This document shows positions 30,150 through 41,979 of a DNA stretch of 64,000 nt, in pieces; within the stretch, counting starts at the first letter, position 1; each line of letters starts with the position of its first letter. A program made the position numbers and the translations under genes. The notes below the pieces were generated by a model. It was not told where the DNA came from, made no database searches, and saw nothing but the letters and a program-made list of their open reading frames with translations. The DNA is from the human T2T-CHM13v2.0 reference genome, Homo sapiens. The stretch lies in NCBI RefSeq assembly GCF_009914755.1, contig NC_060930.1. The stretch is one strand, 5' to 3'.

Positions 30150-31700
30150 GAATGGGAAGGTCGCCTGGACCATTGTGTGCTAGCCATTCAGCGGCCTCGA
30201 TTATGCAGGGGGCTGAGGGAACCACTCCATGTGACCCTCTCGGGTGGGACTCTGCAGCTGCTTCGCAGCGCAACTCTCTCACCAAACTCCGCGCCCTTGC
30301 GCTAGCGGTGCCAAAAGGCTCCCGCCCCGATTGAAAAGGCGCAGTGCATGCCCGCCCGCGTCACTCCGCGGGCGGAGGACGCACGTCGGGGCGCGGCTCT
30401 CTGGCTAGCGCGCAGCTCCAGCTCTGTCACTCGCGCCCTTCCAAGGACCTGGAGCACCCGAGCGCCTGCCTGGTGGCGGCGGCAACAATGCACGGAGCCG
30501 CCAGAGCGCCAGCCACCAGCGTGAGTGCCGACTGCTGCATCCCGGCCGGCTTGCGCCTCGGACCGGTGCCTGGTACCTTCAAGCTGGGCAAGTACCTGTC
30601 AGACCGCAGGGAGCCCGGGCCTAAGAAAAAGGTATTGACCATTCAGACCTCTGCCCACTGCCATTCGCCTCTCAGTGCCCTGACCCGGGAAAGGGGTACG
30701 AGAGAAAGTGGAGGAAGGGAGTGATTGAGTCGTTACCTGCTAATTCTGCCGGGTGGAAGGGGACTCCTATTATTCTGAGCAAGTAGCCTCTTTAACTGTG
30801 AGAGCTGGACGGGGTCGGGCTGAGAGGAGAGGATGTGGCCGAGAGGCGACAGCCCTGGGTGGGGTGCACTGAGCGCTGTAGGTGCCGGGACCATTCGCAG
30901 CTTGTGTTTTCCCCTGCGCTCTCGGGTCTCCTCAGTCAGAAGCCAGAAGCCCACCCCCGCACGCTGTCCGCAGCTCTCTCTGCAAAAGCACCCTCTTTCT
31001 GGGGGCTCAGGGCATCGAGACCCTTTCTTCCCTTCTGCCCTTCAATATGTTAATTTGAGGCCTAATTTCGCCTTAAAGTAATTTTTTTTCCTGAAAAAAA
31101 AAATCTTTGGGAGGCTCTCAGTTCCTAGAACCTCCTCAGATATTTTTTTTTCCCTTGCCGATGTCGGCTTGTGGGTATGCGGCATATGGAGAGAGGATGA
31201 GCAAGGTACTGGCTCTGACGCGGGCTCCAAGGGCGAGGCGCGCCCATTCGCGCGGGGCACAGGGTCAGAGCGTCTGCAGCGGGGCTCTGAGAGTCCAGAG
31301 GCCCAACCGGGAGGCGCCAGGGCCAAACCACTAGCTTTGACTCCCACACTCCACACACCGTCGCGACCCCTGACCAGAGAGACTTATAGCACTCGCCCGC
31401 TTTGGGGGCGTCCCAGGAGCCAAAGGTCGGCAAACAGCGACCGGGAAATGAAGGCAGAAGTCTGGGGTAGAAGAAAGGACTTTGGCTTCCTTGGCTTTAG
31501 CTTGCCTTGCTTGGAGCTTTCTAGTAAAAAGCTCCGGTGTCCAGCCAGCGGGACTTGCACCTCGCTCCTCCTGCAATCACGCCCCCCACTACAGTCTAAA
31601 GCGGGGTTTGGTGCCCACCGCGCATTCCTCTTTAAACGCGTTTTAATTGCTTTTAAATGGCCTGCCAGCTGCGGGCAAGCTTTTCCCCGCTTGGGCTTTG
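30150..31700 (+). promoter_or_regulatory. PRDM13: PRDM13 promoter / 5'UTR / intron-1 CpG island
   Basis: CpG-rich region spanning the ATG, with a GC box (cccgcccc ~30321). The exact TSS cannot be read from sequence. Confidence 0.8.
30488..30631 (+). CDS. PRDM13: PRDM13 coding exon 1 (48 aa, start of PR/SET domain)
   Basis: ATG in acaATGc context; MHGAARAPATSVSADCCIPAGLRLGPVPGTFKLGKYLSDRREPGPKKK; donor AAG|GTATTG. Confidence 0.95.
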
Positions 31701-32193
31701 TTCCGAGACTTTAGCTGCAGGGCTCACAGGCAACTAGGTGCGATGCACACAGAATACAGGAGGCATGAGATAATTTTTTTGTTTGTTTGTCGGGGGTACG
31801 CTCTGGGCCCTGGGACTGACCTAGAAATGTCTCTACCGTGGTGTTACGGCTGCTCTCAGAACTGCAAATGGGAGAGCTGGGGTAGGGGACAACTTGGTAC
31901 AAGATGTGCCTAAGCACTCAGGGAGGATGCTCTCAACACCCCTCTCCCCTCCCCGTGTCGTCAAGGTGGGGCGCAGGGAAGTGGGAGTACTGTTAGCATA
32001 GGTAGACTTTCCTCTTTCTCCCTCCCCGAAGCAAGGTCCTAAGGAATTCTCCTCCTCCCAGTAGCCCATAGTGGTCTGGCCAAACCAAAAACAACCACTT
32101 TCCTGTGTTGGGTTGGGGTGGAGGATAAACTTTCTGTTTGGGTTGTGGGCCTGGCCAAGGTGCGGGGGAGAACGACCACTGCTTGTGTTGCAG

Positions 32194-32325
32194 GTGCGCA
32201 TGGTGAGAGGGGAGCTGGTGGACGAGTCGGGGGGCTCCCCTCTGGAGTGGATAGGGTTAATCCGGGCAGCCAGAAACTCCCAGGAACAGACTCTGGAAGC
32301 TATTGCAGACTTACCCGGAGGACAG
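32194..32325 (+). CDS. PRDM13: PRDM13 coding exon 2 (PR/SET domain)
   Basis: ttgcag| acceptor; VRMVRGELVDESGGSPLEWIGLIRAARNSQEQTLEAIADLPGGQ; donor CAG|GTACTG; 132 nt, phase 0. Confidence 0.95.
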
Positions 32326-32639
32326 GTACTGCGGGCTTCTCTCCACACCCCCCCACTCCCCACCGCCAATTCAGTCTACCTAACCGTCCCTGCGGTGGCC
32401 AAAAATATTAAGAGCAAAGTACTTTAGCTAGACGTCTCATTTAAACGTCTCGACAACCCTTTAAGGTAGTTACTACTGTTTTTCCGTTTGAAGGATGACG
32501 GAAGTGAGGTTCAGAGAGCTCCAGTAGCTTCTCCAGGGTCACACAGCATCAGAATCCGGATTTGAACCTTTCTTCTCAGTTGCTTTTTGACCGATTACCC
32601 AGGAAATGACATTGAACTGTTCTATTCCTTGCGTCCCAG

Positions 32640-32760
32640 ATCTTCTACCGAGCATTGCGAGACGTCCAGCCAGGGGAGGAGCTGACAGTGTGGTATTCTA
32701 ACTCCTTGGCTCAGTGGTTCGACATCCCCACCACAGCGACTCCGACTCACGACGAGAAAG
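32640..32760 (+). CDS. PRDM13: PRDM13 coding exon 3 (end of PR/SET domain)
   Basis: cccag| acceptor; IFYRALRDVQPGEELTVWY PR-domain motif; donor AAG|GTACCC; 121 nt. Confidence 0.95.
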
Positions 32761-33060
32761 GTACCCATTCCAAAAGCGTGGATGGGCAAAAGTCCAGCCC
32801 TCCTCCTCCTGTCTTGAAGCGAGTCCCTAGACATAGCTCGATCTATGTAAAATGGAATTCACATTCCCTGTATTTCAAGGCAAAGAGGAGAGAGGTCGCC
32901 ACTACCTCCTTAAAATCAACCATAAACGATAACAGTGATAGTAGCAATCTGGCTCACAATGGCAGGGGAAAAAGTAGGCTCTATGAACTTAATGGGGCCA
33001 TCCTTTTTCTGTTGCATATTCAAACAGACCATTATTTACTCAATTAAAATAAAAAAAATT

Positions 33061-33368
<308 letters not shown>

Positions 33369-36300
33369 GGAGCCTTAAGTTGTTGTTACAGTAATTACAT
33401 CATGAGTTCCACAGAGTATAACTCAAACCTGGAATGCTTTTACAAAGTCCATGGACATTTCTTCTCCACTGGCTTTCCAGGAGAGCAGTGCATTTCTACA
33501 GCATTTTAGAAGTATTACGGTACTTACAGCTGGTCAGTTGGCAGGTACTGAGACCCTTCCATTTAAGTGGCATTTATTCATTTCCCCTTGCCTACTTAAG
33601 TTGAATCTGGGATGTATCCCAGTTTCTTCTCAGATTTATTTGATCCCTTCAAAGCCAAGAGCGGATTTATGCAAATTAAGGTGCAGTAACTAAACAGAAA
33701 AACATTTTTAAACCTACCCTTGAACACTGAAGAACACTTCCTGTGGAAAGAAGTCTAGGAGGTGCTAGAATAGTTGAGGTTTTGGAGACTTCCTTTTCAC
33801 ACACAAAGCTTCCATGGCTTTTTTTCTTTGACAATTGTCTGTAATTTCTCCTAAAGACACATTTAACATCAAAATAATGAATGCTGTGAAATATTCTAAC
33901 ATGCTGTCTTCCTGAATTGCCTGCTCAATCTCATCCCTTTAGAAATAGGTTTAGAGAAATCAATACAAGTATGTGAATTAGGAAACACTTCATGAATAAC
34001 ACAGAATGAAGTTTATTCAAAACAATGAATCACTTTAAAGTATCATCGTCCTCTGTAAGTTAATTCTGTTTATTTTGTAGGTATAGTATTCAAATTATCC
34101 TAAAATAGTTTGTTCCTTGCATCACATTATATTACATTCTCTTGTCAACTTCTTCCAGTAAAAAGAGAAGTATAATAAAAGCCACATAGTGGAGAACTCT
34201 CAAATCTGCCACTATAGAATTTGGCGGGCCACTAACCTTTAGAAGCCAGCCATTTCTACAGAGAACACCCTTTCTTAGGTAGTCCCAAATAGTACAAAAG
34301 CAACTGGAATAGCGGTCCTTGTGTTTTCCTTTCAGCCAATTGAGCTTATAAACATCATATGGTAACAGATGTCAAAATAAACATTTTTTTTTTCTGGAGG
34401 TGAGAAGGCATGGGTGATTTTGAACCCTGACTTCCCCAGCTTGGAGAAGTTTGAACTCTTGACCACCTTAGAGTTACATGAAGAGGAGGCAGTCACTTGT
34501 TAAATGTGTTTGATACTCTTGGCATGATTTGGATCTCAGAGTCTGGAGAATATGTCAGTTAGGATAACTGAAAAAAAGTATATATTAAACGTATGCTGCT
34601 TAAAGCTTGGAAAGAGGAAGAAATAAATAGGGATGGCTGCTATCCTCCTAATACTAGCTAACTTCAGTGGGTTTCAATTTCATAGTAAGATGGAGGAAAA
34701 TACTGCCCCCTCATTTTAAGAAAAAAGCTTATGTGGCTTTGCATTGAGCTGAGTCATTCTGCGGCAGACTCTGAAAACTCCCTCTTTCAAAAGGGGTGAT
34801 GAGAGAGAGAAAGGCTCTGAAGTTAGAAGGAAGTTATTTAAGACAACATACCCACCAAGAGAACCCAGGAGGTCTATTCTCTCTTTTTTTCACGATTCAT
34901 TTTACATGAATGTTCAGTACAAGGTAACAGAATATTGAAATGGTTTTATCTAAGACTTCTATAAACGATTAGGGTAGGGTGTCATAGGCAAATACTCTTC
35001 TCCCATTTTTCTTTCTGCTCTCCTTGGACTCAGTTGGAATGCAGTGCTTATCACTTGAGTTTTCACAGGTCTTATGGGGTAGGGGTGGGAGCTACTTGTG
35101 TTATGCAAACCCAGAAGTTAATATACATAAAGGGAAGAAGATCTGGAATTCTTCCCTATTGTTATTTCTGTAGTAATATTTCAGAAGTTTGAGCTGCTCA
35201 TATATGCAGAGGGAGAATTTAACTTTCCTGTTAAATTTTATGAGACTGATGTATATTTTGGATATTTCCTTGCGGTTCAACTAACTTCTTTCTCAGACAT
35301 CTTTCCCTTCAGTATTATCAATCAACCACATTTTAAAAGAAACCCAACTGCAAGATCATTTCTCTCTACAGCAGTAATATGACCCTTTTAAGTGGAAATT
35401 AACTTCTAGTATGTGATCAGAATGTCTCATATATGTGTCTCTTGATTGTGTTCACAAACTCGGGCAAAATGAATAAACTAATGCTAATAATACTAAACAC
35501 ATAAAAAGATTTCACACCAAACACGTATATAGTGCCCGGTAGAGAATTCTGCACTTATTAAAAGCTGAGTATCTATATTTATTTATCGATCTATATCATT
35601 TATATATATTCATATAATAAAAAACTAATATATTTTCTCCAAAGACTTTACTAAGCTTGGATTTGTGCAGCTATCTAGGAGTTAATTAATTACCAAGTGG
35701 CAGACAAGACAAGACAATGCAACATCATCCTTCTTAGATTATCATCACCCTTTTTAGAGTATCAGGGCATAAGAATTTTTTCTTTTCTCCCAGCAAATTA
35801 AATGGTGTTAAAGAGGAAATAAAGATACAAATAATTTTGAAGAATGGCAAATCATAGTCCCTATGTGGTCCTTCAGTTGGTCACGCTCCAGGAAAACCTC
35901 AGGCAAAGTGTTTAAGGCTGGAAGGGGGTGGAATGGGTGGGTAGGGGACACAAAAGACATTGTCCTGTGAAAAGGAATGATTACATATGGCCTATACATA
36001 CAGGATATTGTCTCGCCTGGTAATGAGGCGCTCACGACCATTAGATTGGTCTTTGTTCAGCTTATCCAAACTCCTTGACATACGCCACCTATTCTGCAAA
36101 CGCCAACAGATGGGCCCAGGCACTGCACAGCCTCAACACTTGATTTAAAGCAACAGCTGCTCTTTGCTCTTACACGGCCAGCCTGCCTGAGTGCTGCCCT
36201 TCCAACGAAGATTTTGCTCGGATGGCCTGGAGGAAGTCTTCGTTGGAAAGGCCCCGTCACCTTTTTTGGCCTCCGAGTAGTCCCAGAGGATGGAGACACT

Positions 36301-36484
36301 GATAAGGATTGGCCATTTGGGGCTTTTCGGGGTCCTCGATACAGTAGGGCTACCGAACTTATATTTCACCCTCTCCCCACACCGCTAGTCGAAACTTGGG
36401 CTTTGCCTTGGGTGCACTGGCGCTTTCTTTATGTCTCGCTTGTTCGCCTCTCACCGGGTCGCTTTTCCATTCTTTCTTGCCCAG

Positions 36485-38214
36485 GGGAGGAGCGCTACAT
36501 CTGCTGGTACTGCTGGAGGACGTTTAGATACCCCAACAGCCTTAAGGCACACCTGCGTTTCCACTGCGTGTTCAGCGGCGGTGGAGGCGGCGCCTTCCTG
36601 CACCACGAACACGCGGCTCGCCAAGGCGCCGTCCCAGCGGCTGATGGCCTCGGTCTCTCCCCAAAACCCCCGGCGCCCGATTTCGCCGCGCCTTCCCAGG
36701 CAGGAACTTTGCGACCCCACCCCCTGGGCCCGCCACCAGTTCAGGCCTGCGGTGCGCGGGAGGGCATCAAGCGCGAGGCCTCTTCCGCGCCCTCGGCCAC
36801 CTCGCCGACCCCAGGCAAGTGGGGGCAGCCCAAGAAGGGCAAGGAGCAGCTGGACCGTGCCCTGGACATGAGCGGAGCCGCCCGAGGACAAGGGCACTTC
36901 CTCGGCATCGTGGGCGGCTCCTCGGCGGGGGTCGGCAGCCTGGCTTTCTACCCCGGCGTGCGCTCAGCTTTCAAGCCCGCCGGCCTAGCGAGGGCGGCGG
37001 CGGCCGCTCACGGCGACCCCTACCGGGAGGAGAGCAGCAGCAAGCAAGGAGCCGGCCTCGCTTTGGGCAGGCTGCTGGGCGGGGGCCGGGCGTGCGGGCG
37101 CCCCGGGAGCGGGGAGAACTCGGCGGCGGGCGGCGCGGGTCACCACCATCACCACCACGCGCACCACCACCACCATCCCAAGTGCCTGCTCGCTGGGGAC
37201 CCGCCGCCGCCGCCGCCGCCGCCTGGCCTGCCCTGCTCTGGGGCCCTGCGCGGCTTCCCTCTGCTCTCCGTCCCCCCGGAAGAGGCGTCCGCCTTCAAGC
37301 ACGTGGAGCGCGCCCCGCCCGCAGCCGCCGCGCTGCCAGGAGCGCGTTATGCGCAGCTGCCCCCTGCGCCGGGGTTGCCCCTCGAGCGCTGCGCGCTGCC
37401 GCCCCTCGACCCGGGCGGTCTCAAAGCCTATCCGGGTGGTGAGTGCAGCCACCTGCCCGCCGTCATGCCGGCCTTTACAGTCTACAACGGGGAGCTGCTC
37501 TACGGCTCACCGGCCACCACCGCTTATTACCCGCTCAAATTGCACTTCGGCGGGCTGCTGAAGTATCCGGAGTCCATCTCCTACTTCAGCGGGCCTGCAG
37601 CGGCCGCCCTAAGCCCCGCCGAGCTGGGGTCGCTGGCCAGCATCGACCGAGAGATCGCCATGCACAATCAGCAGCTGTCCGAGATGGCTGCCGGGAAGGG
37701 TCGCGGACGCCTGGACTCGGGGACGTTGCCACCGGCCGTCGCGGCGGCGGGAGGCACCGGGGGCGGCGGCAGCGGAGGCAGCGGCGCAGGTAAGCCCAAG
37801 ACCGGCCACCTGTGCCTCTACTGTGGCAAGCTGTACTCGCGCAAGTATGGGCTCAAGATCCACATGCGGACGCACACGGGCTACAAGCCACTCAAGTGCA
37901 AAGTCTGTCTGCGGCCCTTCGGCGACCCCAGCAATCTCAACAAGCACATCCGGCTGCACGCCGAGGGCAATACGCCCTACCGCTGCGAGTTCTGCGGCAA
38001 GGTACTTGTGCGCCGCCGGGACCTGGAGCGACATGTCAAGTCCCGCCACCCTGGCCAGAGTCTGCTCGCCAAAGCGGGCGACGGCCCGGGTGCCGAGCCC
38101 GGCTATCCCCCGGAGCCTGGGGATCCCAAGAGCGACGACAGTGACGTGGACGTCTGCTTCACAGACGACCAGAGCGACCCCGAGGTTGGGGGCGGCGGGG
38201 AGCGCGACTTGTAA
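36485..38214 (+). CDS. PRDM13: PRDM13 coding exon 4 (ZF1, His and Pro tracts, ZF2-4, stop)
   Basis: Polypyrimidine tract plus ccag| acceptor, phase compatible with exon 3 (G+GG). C2H2 fingers [11 protein letters not shown]...[28 protein letters not shown] at 38212-38214. Spliced CDS is 2127 nt = 708 aa. Confidence 0.97.
37141..37224 (+). repeat. PRDM13: Coding poly-His tract and (CCG)7-CCT poly-Pro tract
   Basis: [12 protein letters not shown] at 37141-37176; PPPPPPPP at 37201-37224. Confidence 0.95.
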
Positions 38215-39030
38215 CGAGTCTTCCCGGGAAGGGGCGGGGTGAGGACAGAGAGGAGTCGAGGGTTTATTCTCGCAGTAGAGGAACTCCTGGTGGTGGGAAG
38301 AGGGACCCAATGGACAAAACCGTTTTTGTTTTTGAGAGGGCGCCAGATTTGAAACAGTGAGAGGTCCCACATCTGGTGCTGAAACTCAGAGCAACAGTTC
38401 AGAGGTGGCGTAAATCTGGCCACCTGGAGAGCTCGAGTGCCACCAGTACCTCCGCACCCCGGGCCTCTGGACTTCTTGGATGAGCTCACCCTGAACCGCC
38501 CAGGCGGTCTGCTCTTGGTGTTCAGAATCACATCAATGCGAACGTCACAGCGCCTTCGAGGGCGCAGATTTTAACTGCCACGTATTTTTAAGTTGTACTT
38601 TTCTGTGGAGGAAATTGTGCCTTTTGAAACGACGTTTTGTGTGTGTATTTCACGTTAGCATTTCATTGCATAGGCAAAACACTAGTCACAATTGGGTAGA
38701 TGTGACATCCATATACTTGTTTACATTTTATCTGTTCTCATGTCAAAGACTACTCCTTGCCCCATTGAATATATAGTGGTAGCAGGTGTACAAATTGGTC
38801 AAGTTGCAATTATTTATGAGAGAATAATGATAAATGTAAAATATCTAAAGCATGAATCTAAGAGCACGCAATATATAATTTTAAAGAAAATATTCTATTT
38901 GGTAGAATACAAATGTGGTGTGTGTTGTTTTATAATGACTGCTGTACAGTGGGTATAGTATTTTGGTTTTGGTTCCAGATTGTGCAATCTTTAAGAAAAA
39001 TAAAGATACAAACGAGAGTTTTGTTCACTT
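38215..39030 (+). other. PRDM13: PRDM13 3'UTR with poly(A) signal AATAAA at 38999-39004
   Basis: Unique sequence that becomes AU-rich after the stop. AATAAA is followed by a T/GT-rich tract; a second AATAAA lies at ~39096. Confidence 0.75.
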
Positions 39031-40667
39031 AGTGATTTCAGCAGATATTTTAAAGAAGTAGTTTAATTTGAAAACAATTTGCGAGGAGACTGCATAATAA
39101 AATAAATCATTGGAGACTTGAATACTTTGAGTATTCATAAAATAATGTTAAGCAGTGTTGTATTATAACAGGGAAATATACCATTTTCAATATGTGCATT
39201 TCACAGGCTCCCAAACATCAGGCAAAACAATTGTTTCCTAAAACTATTGTTAATCATGCTAAATGTTTTCATGTTTACTGAAAGAAGTTCATGACCTTCA
39301 AGAAGAAAAAACCCACATATTGTCAAAAAAAAAGTATGGAACTGTAGAATCACTATTTCTTGTTGTGCTCCATTTTGACAGAACTTTCCTTGGGAAGCAA
39401 GAAAGGAAACTTGCTCAGTGTCTTTTATGATTCATATATTTTATTATTAATTCAACAAATACTAAAGGAGGGTCTGTTTTGTTGGAAGTGCTGATCTATT
39501 TGCTTTACTCGTAAGTTTCTTTTTCCCATGTACTTCTTCCAATGGTCTTCTGCTGTCAGTATTGGTCCTATCTTACAGAAAAGAAAGCATACTCTTTAAG
39601 GACACTGGGATGCCCATAATTAGAACAGCAAAATTAGAAGCAATGACTATATTTACTGGTTTTAAAAAAATGCTAGCTAATGGGCAGATATCATAAAGAA
39701 TATAATTTTGTTGACTAAAATTGGAAAGCACCCATCTTCCTCCCCATATACACTCTGGGGAGGATTTCACTGTAGAAAGTGGAGGATCAGTCAACCTCTT
39801 AGCTAAGGGCAGGTACCCGAAGGGCCCATGTCTGCAGCACTTTTCAGAGATCAGTTTGAAGATTCTGGCGAGTCACCCAAGGGTCTGGATGTGACTCTGA
39901 TAATTTAACTCAGTTAAAAATGCCCATTATTTTCTGAATCCTGAATGATTTGCAAGTCTTCACCTTTCTTCCTGTTGGCAACACTGCTTTAGTCAGCCGG
40001 TGGCTGGCAGGAACATTTTCTGGCACATCACAGCAGGGGGGCATGGATAGGGGAGGGCATGTGATTTCTATTGGTGGTGATCTGCAAGATTTCTTCTATG
40101 AGAAAATGTATGCTAGGAATTATAGGTTTTTAGTGTCAGCTGACCAGAAAATGTTTCACTTTGTAAAAGAAAGCTAACAGAGAGAGAGAGAAAAAAAAAC
40201 TATCAACATGTAAATATGGTGACAAAGATACTACCATTTATTGAGGACCTATACTGTGCCAGGTTCTTATGCAACTTGCAGCTCTTTCCTTTCCATGGAG
40301 GAGGACCATCAGCTTGCCCCACCAGGTTCACAGTTCATCACACAGAACTAGAAGTGAATTAAAGCATCTGCCTGCTAAATCACCTCCAAGAGCCCAGAGC
40401 TTCTTGCTGCCTGCTTAGTATTGTGGTCCTGCCCTTAGAAGCAATTATTGCTTCAAACCAAATCGTCCACTATAGAAGAATATTGGAAAAGCTTTTCTGA
40501 AATCAGAGCATATGAGTTCTTAAGGAAAGTGACAAAGGCTGCCCAGATTTGAAACATGGGAAACATTTTATCAGCTATAACAGTATTGCCCCCTTCTCCC
40601 ATTTTCTGGCTCAGTACCAACTCCTGTAACTTCTGAAAATAGCTCATAAAAATAAATTAAAAATAAG

Positions 40668-40830
40668 CCGGTGGCAGTGGCTCATGTCTGTAGTTTCAGC
40701 AACTCAGGAGGCTGAGGCAGAAGGCTAGCTTAAGCCCAGGAATTCAAGGCTGCAGTGTGCTATGATCATGTCTGTGAATAACTACTGCACTCCAGCCTGG
40801 GCAACATAGTGAGACCCCATCTCAAAAAAT
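40668..40830 (+). mobile_element. Alu monomer (FRAM-like)
   Basis: Alu right-arm-like sequence. Confidence 0.8.
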
Positions 40831-41979
40831 AAACCTAAAATTAGTTTGGTTAAAGGATATACATTTAGAATTTAATAAAACAAAGGACCCAGTATTCTGT
40901 TTCCCCTTTATGAATTGATATCTTCTAGACGTTGTTAAAATAGATTCCAATACAAAAAAATTGAACAAAGTGTCTCTTAATCAAAAGTCATGTGTAATTC
41001 TCCATAGGTTGCCTCAATAACCCATGTATTTGTTCATGTATGTGCATAATATCATACATAATGCCATTATTCATTTTAATGACAAAGTCATATCAGTGAT
41101 ATACAATCAGGAACAATAACATTGTTTATTTTAAGTGCCTCAGTTGAATTAGTGTTTCTCAGATTATTTCTTTCTGTTTCCTATCCCCTTCTCTCTTCTC
41201 CCTGCCACCCACCATTCAACTCTTCTTATCTTGGTGACCACAACTAACTTTGAGGGTTATGCTAATGCCACTGGAAGTTTCTGGGATTCTAACTGAATAT
41301 TTTGTACCAAAAATTTTTTTTAAAAGATAGGAGGTGTATTCATTTTCTTTAGAAGTGAAAGACTCTAGATTGCTTGAACCTAGTTAGTTTGGGCATTAAA
41401 CTGTTTTGTTAACCTAAATACCTCAGACAGACCTGGGTTCTAGTCCTGCCTCTGTCACTTAGTAGCTTTGCATCTTGGGCCAGTTTCTCTATTGCCTCAA
41501 TTTCCTCACTTGTAAAAATAGGGCGAAATAAGCAATAGGATAGTTGTGAACATCAAATGAGTTAACGCAGGCCAGCAGCTCAGATCACACCTGACGCATA
41601 GTGAGCTATCAAACGATATATATATTTTTAAAAAACCCTAAATTCTAGCAACTCTTTGTGTTTTCATTTCGAAGATATCAACCTAAGGAGATAAGGGTTG
41701 ATAGCCTTGTATAACACTAGCATCTTTTTGCAGAACACTCTCCTCTTGGTTCACTTCTAGCCCCCAACTCACATCAGCTTCAGTAAATAAAGGCTTTCCA
41801 TGCTTTTGCTAAGGAAAGACTTCTTCAGACCTCTTCCTTCTCAGGCCATCTTTCCATTTTAAGCTGAGACAAAGGTTCGAATAGTTCATAGAGGTCAATT
41901 GCGTGGTAAAAATAATTCTCGTTTGTTTTCACTAATTTTTGAAAAGCTTGGCTGGGCATTGAGGGATGAGCTTAAGCAG

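Noticed and set aside
31666-31688. PTF1 composite site CAGCTG...TTTCCC in intron 1
   Set aside because: The 10-nt spacer is out of phase with the one- or two-turn spacing PTF1 requires.
36214-36484. N-terminal 90 codons of the 666-aa ORF
   Set aside because: Intron 3 read-through from a TTG. The real exon begins at the acceptor at 36485, in phase with exon 3.
38362-38383. REST/RE1 site in the 3'UTR
   Set aside because: Only the GGTGCTGAA half-site is present; no CTGTCC half at canonical spacing.
36431-38531. Long alternative-frame and antisense ORFs over exon 4
   Set aside because: Expected stop-codon scarcity in very GC-rich coding DNA; no recognisable domains.
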